From NCBI GenBank assembly GCA_964540825.1, contig CAZINT010000001.1, positions 5,315-69,314 on the forward strand: a DNA stretch of 64,000 bases, written 5' to 3'. Shown here piece after piece: positions 18,221 to 26,460 of the stretch. The stretch's first letter is position 1. Each line of letters opens with the position of its first letter. The notes under the pieces are model-generated. The model ran no database searches. It had not been told where the DNA came from and saw only the letters and a list, made by a program, of their open reading frames with translations. The stretch comes from an uncultured Gammaproteobacteria bacterium (GTDB lineage Bacteria > Patescibacteriota > Patescibacteriia > Magasanikbacterales > GWA2-37-8). The translations under genes were made by a program, and so were the position numbers.

Positions 18221-18303
18221 AGAACGAGTGTCTAAATCCCTAATAGGCTACTGTCTAAGAACATAGGTTAGACAGTAGGAACTAGGGTTTTGTCTAAAAA
18301 TGT

Positions 18304-18513
18304 TTATTTTTTAGCAGCTGCTTTCTTGGCAACTTTTTTGGTAACATTTACCACCTGGCGTCCTTTGTACATGCCACAGTTAGTGCAAGCACGGTGTGGA
18401 AGAATTGGCTTTTGGCACTTAGGACACTTTTGAATCGTCATTTCGGTAAGTGCGAAATGAGCTGCGCGTTTGCGTTTGTCAGAGGATGTCCGACGATGAC
18501 CGGGTAAACCCAT
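18304..18513 (-). CDS. rpmF: 50S ribosomal protein L32 (zinc-ribbon type) with a Lys/Ala tail
   Basis: It has an N-terminal RxxHxALT-like motif and a CPKC...CTNC zinc ribbon, and is 69 aa. Confidence 0.8.
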   Translation of the reverse strand: MGLPGHRRTSSDKRKRAAHFALTEMTIQKCPKCQKPILPHRACTNCGMYKGRQVVNVTKKVAKKAAAKK

Positions 18514-18660
18514 ACGGAGCTATTAGTAAGTAGATATTAGTAATTTGTACTAAAGTAGTATGACTATACACTAAATAAGCCAATTTGGCAAGAGAAAGCC
18601 CCAGCCAGGCCTAAACTAATTGATTTTTAGCCTCTACTCAGGTACTATTGAGGAAATTCT

Positions 18661-19671
18661 ATGGAAATAGTACTTGAAAAAGACCTTAAAAATTGGAAAA
18701 CCAACTCTTTTCCCCAAACGTGGGAATGGGGAGATATTTTGATTGCTGAAGGGAAGCTTGTAGAGCGCTTACGGATCGTTGAAGGCAGTGTTACGCTCGC
18801 CCAGCTACAGTTGGTGTATAGTAACTTGCCGTTTGGTTGGCAGTATGCTTTTTGTCCAAAAGGGCCGGTGTTCCCGGAAGGAACAAAGAATAAGGAGCAA
18901 GGAGCAAAAGTGTTTGAGGTGCTGGGCAGCTATTTGAAAAAGAAGAATTGTTTGTTTTTAAGAATTGAGCCCGAGTCAGTTGAACAATATCTAGTATCTA
19001 ATATCCAATTTCAAAAGTCTATCAATATCAACCCTCGTACTACCGTCATCCTTGATCTTGCTAAAACTGAACAAGAGCTTCTCGCAGCTATGCACCAAAA
19101 AACGCGCTATAATATCCGTTTAGCGGAAAAGAAAAATATACAAATAAGTTCAGAAAAAAAATATGAAACATTTATTACTTTAATGAAGAAAACAGGGGAA
19201 CGCGACGGCTTTCGTTTGCATGAAGCAAAACATTACCGGGCAATTTTTGATTCCACATTTAGTTTACAACTCACGGCTGAGCTTGATGGAAAAGATATTG
19301 CAACGGCTGTGTTTGTAGGCGCTGGAAATACGTTTACGTATTTGTATGGAGCGTCTGACCACCAGTATCGTGCGCTCATGGCGCCTTACCTTTTGCAATG
19401 GGAGGGGATTAAGCTGGGTAAAAAATTAGGCTATACACAATATGATTTTTTTGGTATTGCGCCGAGCGCGAAGGAGCAAGGAGCTGGGAACGAGGAGCAA
19501 CCGGGCAGTGATTATGCATATGATCCGAAGCATCAGTATGGTGGCGTGACTCGCTTCAAACTTGGTTTTGGGGGGGAAGTTGTGGAAGCACCGGGAACGT
19601 TTGACTTGATTCTTCAGCCAACGAAGTATAGGATATACCAGCTTCTGCGAAAAATCCGCAGATTAGTTTAA
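18661..19671 (+). CDS. FemAB-family-like aminoacyltransferase (GNAT fold), tentative
   Basis: Size and C-terminal segments (YLYGASD...YDFFGI) resemble peptidoglycan-bridge Fem transferases. I cannot verify this without a search. Confidence 0.4.
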   Translation: MEIVLEKDLKNWKTNSFPQTWEWGDILIAEGKLVERLRIVEGSVTLAQLQLVYSNLPFGWQYAFCPKGPVFPEGTKNKEQGAKVFEVLGSYLKKKNCLFLRIEPESVEQYLVSNIQFQKSININPRTTVILDLAKTEQELLAAMHQKTRYNIRLAEKKNIQISSEKKYETFITLMKKTGERDGFRLHEAKHYRAIFDSTFSLQLTAELDGKDIATAVFVGAGNTFTYLYGASDHQYRALMAPYLLQWEGIKLGKKLGYTQYDFFGIAPSAKEQGAGNEEQPGSDYAYDPKHQYGGVTRFKLGFGGEVVEAPGTFDLILQPTKYRIYQLLRKIRRLV

Positions 19672-19676
19672 AAAAT

Positions 19677-19748
19677 GTTCTCGTCGTTTAATGGATAGGA
19701 CACTAGCCTCCGAAGCTGGTAATGCGCGTTCGATTCGCGCCGAGAACA
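19677..19748 (+). tRNA. tRNA-Arg (anticodon CCG)
   Basis: Hand-folded: acceptor GTTCTCG/CGAGAAC, T-arm GCGCG-TTCGATT-CGCGC, anticodon loop CTCCGAA. A hairpin plus T-run terminator follows at 19752-19777. Confidence 0.8.
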
Positions 19749-19862
19749 CTAAAAACAGGCAAGTAGCCTGTTTTTGTATACTTGACTTTTATAGTATTTT
19801 TGGTAGTGTCGACCTACGTGAATATGTATGTTTCGTGACAACCTGCCCGTAGGGAGGATTTC

Positions 19863-20276
19863 ATGAGTCTCAAAGACAAAACACCAGCGCAAATTCGTCA
19901 GTTCCAAATCCTGCAATGGGTCCGGCGTTTTGCTACGCCGCGGCATTGCAATCAGAAGCGCCTCGACCAGCTGCGCCAGGAACAAGCGCAAAAGCTCGCG
20001 AGCGACGCTCAGGCATATACGCTTAGGTTTGACCCCGATCACAAACTGCGTATCTATCGCAGGCAGGTTCGGGTGGTCGTGACTCCCGTCGTCACGATCA
20101 AGCAGCTCACGAATCTGTGCGCTCGGCTGGACATCTCGGCCCTGGCCACACGCAAGCTCTGTATCCAGCTTAGCAACTTTTCATGGCTCGGTGCTGTGTA
20201 CGAAGAGTCCTACCGGATCGCGCCAAAGCACCGTGGTGCTTGGGTCGCGCGTAAAATCCGCGGCATGGCTGCCTGA
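19863..20276 (+). CDS. Arg-rich basic hypothetical protein in a GC-rich islet
   Basis: GGAGG SD 5 nt upstream of the ATG. The block is GC-rich and lies immediately 3' of tRNA-Arg(CCG). Confidence 0.35.
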   Translation: MSLKDKTPAQIRQFQILQWVRRFATPRHCNQKRLDQLRQEQAQKLASDAQAYTLRFDPDHKLRIYRRQVRVVVTPVVTIKQLTNLCARLDISALATRKLCIQLSNFSWLGAVYEESYRIAPKHRGAWVARKIRGMAA

Positions 20277-20377
20277 ACCACACTTTTCATTTTGCCTTCA
20301 GTATTCCATGAGCTTTGGAGTGCTGAAGGACTGCATAAAAAAGACGAGTAATCTTTACTCGTCTTTTTTAATATTTC

Positions 20378-22843
20378 TTAGATTAACGTTACACTTACGA
20401 CTTTATCATCTTCTTCTTTAAAGCGCATCAGGCGAACACCCTGTGTCGCGCGTCCGCTTGAGGGGATTGATTTGAATGGCATGCGAATCACCTGGCCTTT
20501 GGCCGACATCATAACGATATCCCGCTCGTCAGCTTTGGCTGTATCAACAGCGCTTGCGTGAATGACGAAACCAGTTTTTTCACTGACTTTGGCGGTCTTG
20601 ATGCCGCTACCGCCACGACCCTGTACTTTGTAGCTGGCAATCTCAGTGAGTTTGCCGAGGCCGTTTTCACCGATAGTCAAAAATTCAATACTTTTATTTT
20701 TTGGGTCAACCGTATCCATGCCGATAACTTCGTCAGTGCCGTGGAGGCGAATACCGCGTACGCCGCTTGCGGTGCGTCCCATGGCGCGAGCGTCACTTTC
20801 TTTGAAACGAATAGCCTGGCCTTCTTTGGTGGCAATCATGATGTCATCATTGCCGCTCGATGGGCGAACCCATTCCATACTGTCGTCAAGGCGAAGTTTA
20901 AGGGCGATAAGACCGTTGCGGCGAACATTGGCATAATCTTCGAGTGCTGTTTTTTTGATCAGCCCTTTTCTGGTTACCATGACCAAGTATTTAAGGTTGG
21001 TTAAATCGCTTACCGAGAGCATGGTACTTACTTTTTCGTTCGGTGCGAGTTGCAAGAAGTTGACCATTGCCTGGCCCTTAGCGGTACGGCTTCCCTGCGG
21101 AATCTCATACGCAGAGAGCTGGAAGACACGACCGCGGTTGGTGAAGAAGAGAATGTTGTCATGTGTGTTGGTGGTCAAAAGCTGCTCAACCGATTCTTCT
21201 TCTTTAGTGGTGACACCAATCACTCCTTTACCGCCGCGCGACTGCTGGCGGAACGTATCCGGAGGTAAGCGTTTAATGTAGCCATCGGTCGTGGTCATGA
21301 TAATGGTTGGCTCGTTCGGAATGAGGTCTTCAACGGTGAAGTCCTTAATGCCATGAGCGATAATCTGAGTGCGGCGCTCTTCGCCGTATTTGGCTTTAAT
21401 TTCTTCAGTTTCAGTTTTAACAATACCCAAAATTTTTGCTTCGGACGCGAGGATTGCTTCGAGCTCTTTAATGATGGCTTTTTTCTCGGCGAGCTCATCT
21501 TCAACTTTTTGGCGTTCGAGGTTGGCAAGTTGCTGGAGGCGCATCTCAAGAATGGCAGTAGCCTGGCGGTCGCTGAATTTAAATTTGTCCATGAGTTCAA
21601 CTTTGGCTTCGTCTTTGTCTTTTGATGCGCGAATTGTTTTGATGACTAAATCGATTTTATCGAGCGCCATTTTGAGGCCTTCCAAAATATGGGCGCGTTC
21701 TTTGTTTTTGTTAAGGTCAAATTCAGTGCGGGCACGAATCACCACGCGACGGTGTTTGATAAATTCTTCGAGAACATTTTTGATGTTGAGGACGCGCGGT
21801 TGAATGCCGTCCACGAGCGCGAGCATGTTCACGTGGAACGTGGTCTGGAGCGCGGTGAGTTTGAAAAGTTGGTTAAGAATTTTTTTCGGATACGAATCTT
21901 TTTTGAGGTCAATAACAACGCGGACACCGTCTTTGTTGGATTCGTCGCGGAGGTCTTTGATGCCTTCGATTTTTTTCTCTTGTACCAGGGTGGCGATTTT
22001 TTCGATCATTTCGGCTTTATTGACCTGGTAGGGGACTTCGGTGACAATAATATGGAATTGACCAGCCTTTGTTTCTTTAATATCCGCTTTCGCGCGCATC
22101 ACAATACCACCGCGGCCCGTAACATAGGCCGAAAGAATATCTTTTTTGTTGTAAATAATACCGCCGGTAGGGAAGTCGGGGCCTTTAATAACTTCTGCTA
22201 AATCCTCGACAGTTGCTTCGGGGTTTTCGATGAGTTTAATAACACCATCACACAGTTCGTTCAGGTTGTGTGGGGGGATGCTCGTCGCCATACCAACTGC
22301 GATACCCATGGTACCGTTGAGGAGGAGGTTCGGAATTTTGGTTGGCAAAACGGTTGGCTCAACATGCGAGCCGTCATAGTTTGGAATAAATCGAACGGTT
22401 TCTTTTTCAATATCAAGGAGCATTTCTTCAGCTGCGGCAGTAAGCTTGGCTTCGGTATAACGCATAGCAGCCGCAGCGTCGCCATCCATGGAACCAAAGT
22501 TTCCCTGGCCGTTAACGAGTTGGTGGCGCATGGAAAAATCCTGGGCCATACGGACGAGCGAGTCGTAGATGGCGCGGTCACCATGCGGGTGGTATTTAGC
22601 CATCACCTCACCAACTACGTTGGCGGATTTACGGTATTTGGCATTATGGCGCAAACCAATTTTCCACATCGCATACAGAATACGGCGGTGTACGGGCTTC
22701 AGGCCGTCGCGAACATCGGGGAGCGCACGTGAGACAATAACGCTCATCGCGTATTCGAGGTAGGACTGCTTAATTTCATCAACGATAGCAGCGGGCGTAA
22801 TCTTGCCGGCTTCCTGAACGATCAATTTGGGTTGCTGGGACAT
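20378..22843 (-). CDS. gyrA: DNA gyrase subunit A
   Basis: The full-length N-terminus has the GyrA motifs ([28 protein letters not shown]) and the protein is 821 aa. Confidence 0.95.
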   Translation of the reverse strand: MSQQPKLIVQEAGKITPAAIVDEIKQSYLEYAMSVIVSRALPDVRDGLKPVHRRILYAMWKIGLRHNAKYRKSANVVGEVMAKYHPHGDRAIYDSLVRMAQDFSMRHQLVNGQGNFGSMDGDAAAAMRYTEAKLTAAAEEMLLDIEKETVRFIPNYDGSHVEPTVLPTKIPNLLLNGTMGIAVGMATSIPPHNLNELCDGVIKLIENPEATVEDLAEVIKGPDFPTGGIIYNKKDILSAYVTGRGGIVMRAKADIKETKAGQFHIIVTEVPYQVNKAEMIEKIATLVQEKKIEGIKDLRDESNKDGVRVVIDLKKDSYPKKILNQLFKLTALQTTFHVNMLALVDGIQPRVLNIKNVLEEFIKHRRVVIRARTEFDLNKNKERAHILEGLKMALDKIDLVIKTIRASKDKDEAKVELMDKFKFSDRQATAILEMRLQQLANLERQKVEDELAEKKAIIKELEAILASEAKILGIVKTETEEIKAKYGEERRTQIIAHGIKDFTVEDLIPNEPTIIMTTTDGYIKRLPPDTFRQQSRGGKGVIGVTTKEEESVEQLLTTNTHDNILFFTNRGRVFQLSAYEIPQGSRTAKGQAMVNFLQLAPNEKVSTMLSVSDLTNLKYLVMVTRKGLIKKTALEDYANVRRNGLIALKLRLDDSMEWVRPSSGNDDIMIATKEGQAIRFKESDARAMGRTASGVRGIRLHGTDEVIGMDTVDPKNKSIEFLTIGENGLGKLTEIASYKVQGRGGSGIKTAKVSEKTGFVIHASAVDTAKADERDIVMMSAKGQVIRMPFKSIPSSGRATQGVRLMRFKEEDDKVVSVTLI

Positions 22844-22862
22844 ACAGGGTACGAGTCAATGG

Positions 22863-23414
22863 CTAATATTTGGTAGTAGTAGAATAAGGTGTTGTCGTGG
22901 CGGTTGCAGTTGAGCTGGCAGTAGTAGTTGTTGTCGCAGCGTTCTCCACGATAAGCGTCAGCGCCTGCTTAATTTTTTCTTGCGCCGATATGGTACTGGT
23001 AGTTTGGTTTCGCGGGGCAAAAGCGTTTTGCCAATTTTTTTGATTTTCAGCAATAAGTTTTTGCTCGGGTGTTCCGCTCCAGCGGAACGAACTGATTTGC
23101 AGTTTGAGTGACCACCCCCAGAGCACGCCAATAATCACCATAAACGAAATGACTCCAATCCAGAGATACCGCCTCGCGCTACGATTATGCTGTACAAAAC
23201 GTTCGTATGAGTCGAGGTCGGCGCGCGCTGCCTCGTGGGACGCGGAAGTCTTTTGAACCGGCTGGTTTTCGGGTTTTTCAAAGTTTGCTTCATTAAAAAC
23301 CAGGCTCGGCATCGGGCTTGCTGTATGTTTACGCGGTGCTCGCTTTGGTTTGGCTGTGGCCGCTCCGGTACTTTTTTTTCGTGGCATACGAATGAGCGCA
23401 GTAGCGGGGCTCAA
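22863..23414 (-). CDS. Hypothetical membrane protein with a Thr-rich C-terminus
   Basis: It has one TM helix and a poly-Thr/Ala tail, and lies downstream of gyrA. Confidence 0.45.
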   Translation of the reverse strand: MSPATALIRMPRKKSTGAATAKPKRAPRKHTASPMPSLVFNEANFEKPENQPVQKTSASHEAARADLDSYERFVQHNRSARRYLWIGVISFMVIIGVLWGWSLKLQISSFRWSGTPEQKLIAENQKNWQNAFAPRNQTTSTISAQEKIKQALTLIVENAATTTTTASSTATATTTPYSTTTKY

Positions 23415-23487
23415 GGAGGAAAAGAAAGCCGGAATCAGTCCGTTGCTTCTTGAGCCCCCTTACTGTAAGTTCCCCCTACGTGCGTAG

Positions 23488-24105
23488 TTAAATATTTTTT
23501 TCTAAAACCATAAGCTGCATGTCTTCTTGAGGCAGGTCTTTGGCTTTGAGAATAACTTTTTTGTCGGTAAGTGTTGCTTTGAGGCCGCTGGCTTTAATAA
23601 AGTCTTCGATCGGCTTTACTTCCGGATCGCTGTCGGATTGGTACCCCATCGGGATAACAATGCGCGGTTCAAGTTCATTAATAACTTCGGCGGCAGCGCT
23701 CGGGGTGAGATATTTTTTCTCGCCGCCAACAGCAAGGGCAAGAACGTCAATTTTACCTAGTTTTTCAACCAGGTCTGCTGAAAGTTGCTCGTGGATCGCG
23801 CCAATATGGACTAGCGACATACCTTCGGCCGCAACTTTAAAAATGACCGTTTCGTTTGGTCCGGGCCACGCGCTAATGAGGACGCCTTTGATGTCGAATT
23901 CGCCGAGCGTGCTAATAATAAAAGGGTCTTGAGAGAGGGTGGCGCTATTGTCTTCGCGGTGCGAATACAGGGCGACACTCGGGGAAAAGCTGCGCGGAAA
24001 ATCGCCTTTTTCAGGCTTGTAAGGGTCAAAGAGAACGACAACGTCTTCGTCCATTTGTTTGGTCTGTAATTTAAGACAGGTTTGGCCGAGCCAGGAGAGG
24101 TGCAT
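23488..24105 (-). CDS. MBL-fold metallo-hydrolase
   Basis: Beta-lactamase-fold pattern (UlaG-like L-ascorbate-metabolism family), 205 aa. Confidence 0.6.
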   Translation of the reverse strand: MHLSWLGQTCLKLQTKQMDEDVVVLFDPYKPEKGDFPRSFSPSVALYSHREDNSATLSQDPFIISTLGEFDIKGVLISAWPGPNETVIFKVAAEGMSLVHIGAIHEQLSADLVEKLGKIDVLALAVGGEKKYLTPSAAAEVINELEPRIVIPMGYQSDSDPEVKPIEDFIKASGLKATLTDKKVILKAKDLPQEDMQLMVLEKNI

Positions 24106-24113
24106 ATACGAAG

Positions 24114-24156
24114 TCTGTAAAGTCTATAAAGTTTGTAAAGTCCTTAAAGTCTTTGT
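24114..24156. repeat. Four to five tandem 9 bp repeats GTYTDTAAA
   Basis: gtctgtaaa gtctataaa gtttgtaaa gtccttaaa gtctttg, 8 nt upstream of the MBL hydrolase start codon on the opposite strand. Confidence 0.6.
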
Positions 24157-24233
24157 TCGAAGTGCTGCTATTTTAGCATAGAGACCTTAAAGAGTGCGGT
24201 TATTCTAGCATAGCCGCTAGGTTGAGGCAAGTA

Positions 24234-24262
24234 TTGACAAAAACGCAAAAATATGCTATTAT
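24234..24262 (+). promoter_or_regulatory. Sigma-70-like promoter (TTGACA, 17 nt spacer, TATTAT)
   Basis: Consensus -35 with exact 17 nt spacing to a near-consensus -10. It lies upstream of the GC-rich ORF 24332-24997. Confidence 0.35.
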
Positions 24263-24331
24263 AACCAGTTAAAATTCGTTCTTTTTACAATAATCCCAGC
24301 CTTTGTTTCAGCGTATTTTAGACAAAATAGA

Positions 24332-24997
24332 TTGAAACGAAGGCTGGGCAACCAGCTTCCTTCTGGCCGCTATGGCTGGGAGTACTGCTCGAAAGAGCGG
24401 AAAGAAGCACGATCAATGGCAACTGCAACGGCACGCTCGCTCGCCGGCCTCATGCACGACCTGACGAATGAGGAATTGTTTGTCCTGACGGAGTCGGCCA
24501 ACCGGGCTGCGCTCAAGGCGTTCCTTTCAGCTCGCATCGCAAAGATGTGGCGACAGATCTCCTACGATCCGACCGTCGGTATCGTCCGGCTCATCGAGCG
24601 GGCAGTCGGCCCGGCTTGCCTCGGCAACATCAGCGTCAACATCACCGAAGAGCGCTTCCCGCTCAAGGGCACGAGGGTTCGGTCGGTCAAATGCCGCATC
24701 GAGGCCGGCCTGGACCACGAGACACGTGAGAATGCTGCGAAGCGCCTCACTGACGCCGGTCACGTCCTCGCGAGCATTGGTGACCTGGCGGGTTTTCTGC
24801 ACGACCACCCGGACGAAATGGCGAAGTTCGGGGGCTGGGTTCTCGCGCTCAGCGAGGATTCCCGCTATACGAAGGAGTCGGTCGGCTTCGTTTACGTGCC
24901 GTGCGCCGCCAACGTGGGCGGGGCTGACCGTTACTTCTCTATGTGCGACTTCAACGACGAGCTCACGTCCCTCTGGGGCGTCCTCGTCCTCGGTTAG
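24332..24997 (+). CDS. Hypothetical protein in a GC-rich block (start uncertain; an in-frame ATG lies at 24416)
   Basis: Long ORF in a GC-rich segment with many shadow ORFs on both strands. No motif recognised. Confidence 0.4.
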   Translation: MKRRLGNQLPSGRYGWEYCSKERKEARSMATATARSLAGLMHDLTNEELFVLTESANRAALKAFLSARIAKMWRQISYDPTVGIVRLIERAVGPACLGNISVNITEERFPLKGTRVRSVKCRIEAGLDHETRENAAKRLTDAGHVLASIGDLAGFLHDHPDEMAKFGGWVLALSEDSRYTKESVGFVYVPCAANVGGADRYFSMCDFNDELTSLWGVLVLG

Positions 24998-25245
24998 CAG
25001 GAACCTCGGTCACCAGGTCGCTTAGCCCCAGTGGCAAGCGTCCGATCCTCGGTTCCCTTGACCCTCGTCTCGATTTAGCCTTCCAAGGCGAAGATTGAGC
25101 CGAGGGTCTGTTCTATTTTAAGCCTTGACAACCGCCTAAAACAGTGTTACTTTACGTCTATACATATAAGTACTTGAAGCAGCTCCATTTTAGTGAGCGG
25201 CACTCGACTTTGGCTCAGCCTAGCGGGATAAACAGTATTTTTTTT

Positions 25246-26403
25246 ATGTCCGATAACGACAAAACAGCTAAAAAACAAGATTTTAAGGCTCTTCTCCAGA
25301 GTCATTTTACCGAAATCCCAAAAGTTGGGGCGATTGTTAAGGGTAAAGTACTTTCGGTAGACAAGGGTGAAATTCATATTGATGTGGAAGGCATGACGAC
25401 CGGTGTCGTTCGTGGCCGCGAACTCTTTGCCGAATCCCGCGAATATTCCGGTCTGCATGTTGGGGATGAAGTAGAGGCAACCGTGGTTGAACTTGAAAAC
25501 GAAAATTGTGAAATGGAATTATCGTTCCGCATCGCCGGTTACCAGAAGGCTTGGGACGGTATGATCAAACTCATGAAAGACGGTGTTACCATTAAAGGTA
25601 AGGTTGTGTCCGCCAATAAAGGTGGTCTCATGATGCAGGTGGAAGCCCTCGCTGGTTTCATGCCGGTGTCGCAGCTTAATCCGGATCATTACCCACGCGT
25701 TACCGGCGGCGACAAGAATCGCATTCTCGACAAATTGCGTGAAATTGTTGGTCAGGAACTGGAAGTAAAAGTTATCGATGTTGATGAGAAAGAAGAAAAA
25801 CTCATCGTCTCGGAACGTGCTGTTTGGGAAGATTCTCAGAAAGCAGTACTTGAATCCTACAAAGTTGGTGACGTCGTGAACGGCGAAATCAGCGCCCTTA
25901 CTTCATTTGGTGCATTCATCAAATTTGGTGAAGGACTTGAAGGTTTAGTGCATATCTCCGAAATCGCTTGGCAGCGTATTGATCACCCTAAAGATGTTGT
26001 TAAGGTAGGGGACAAGGTCAAAGCGCAGATCATCCAGCTTGATCACTCCAAGATTTATCTCTCCATCAAACGCCTCGTTGACGATCCATGGAAGAGTGTT
26101 AAAGATAAGTACAAACAGGGTGAAGTCGTTAAGGGTAAAATCCTTAAGATCGAACCGTTTGGTCTTATGGTTGGCCTCGATAAAGATATCCATGGTTTGG
26201 CTCATATTTCAGAACTCTCTGATACCCCGCTTGCCAACATCAACGAACACTTCAAAATCGGACAAGAAATGGACTTCGAAATCATGTCGCTTGAACCTGC
26301 TGAACACCGCCTTGGTCTCAAGGCAGTAGGTGTCAAAGGCAAGAGTGGCCGTAAACCAGCTGCTAAGGCAGAAGCACCGGAAGCAGAAAAAGCTGCTGAA
26401 TAA
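25246..26403 (+). CDS. rpsA: 30S ribosomal protein S1
   Basis: Repeated S1 RNA-binding domains (GxVxG...HISE motifs). The true start is most likely the ATG at 25246 (MSDNDK); the ORF-track start at 25144 is an upstream extension. Confidence 0.85.
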   Translation: MSDNDKTAKKQDFKALLQSHFTEIPKVGAIVKGKVLSVDKGEIHIDVEGMTTGVVRGRELFAESREYSGLHVGDEVEATVVELENENCEMELSFRIAGYQKAWDGMIKLMKDGVTIKGKVVSANKGGLMMQVEALAGFMPVSQLNPDHYPRVTGGDKNRILDKLREIVGQELEVKVIDVDEKEEKLIVSERAVWEDSQKAVLESYKVGDVVNGEISALTSFGAFIKFGEGLEGLVHISEIAWQRIDHPKDVVKVGDKVKAQIIQLDHSKIYLSIKRLVDDPWKSVKDKYKQGEVVKGKILKIEPFGLMVGLDKDIHGLAHISELSDTPLANINEHFKIGQEMDFEIMSLEPAEHRLGLKAVGVKGKSGRKPAAKAEAPEAEKAAE

Positions 26404-26413
26404 GAAATAAAAA

Positions 26414-26448
26414 ACACGCTACAGAATTCTGTAGCGTGTTTTATTTTT
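26414..26448. terminator. Bidirectional intrinsic terminator
   Basis: Perfect 13 bp stem acacgctacagaa/ttctgtagcgtgt with an A-run upstream and a T-run downstream. It lies between convergent genes. Confidence 0.6.
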
Positions 26449-26460
26449 GAATAAGTAATT

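Noticed and set aside
24114-24156. Tandem 9 bp repeats considered as a CRISPR or iteron array
   Set aside because: The repeats are only 9 bp, have no spacers, and there are 4-5 copies. This is not CRISPR. It is reported as a simple tandem repeat or possible binding array only.
25144-25245. 5' extension of rpsA (MLLYVYTYKYLKQL...)
   Set aside because: The extension runs through the promoter-like sequence (TTGACA at 25127) and has no SD. The conserved S1 N-terminus begins at the ATG at 25246.
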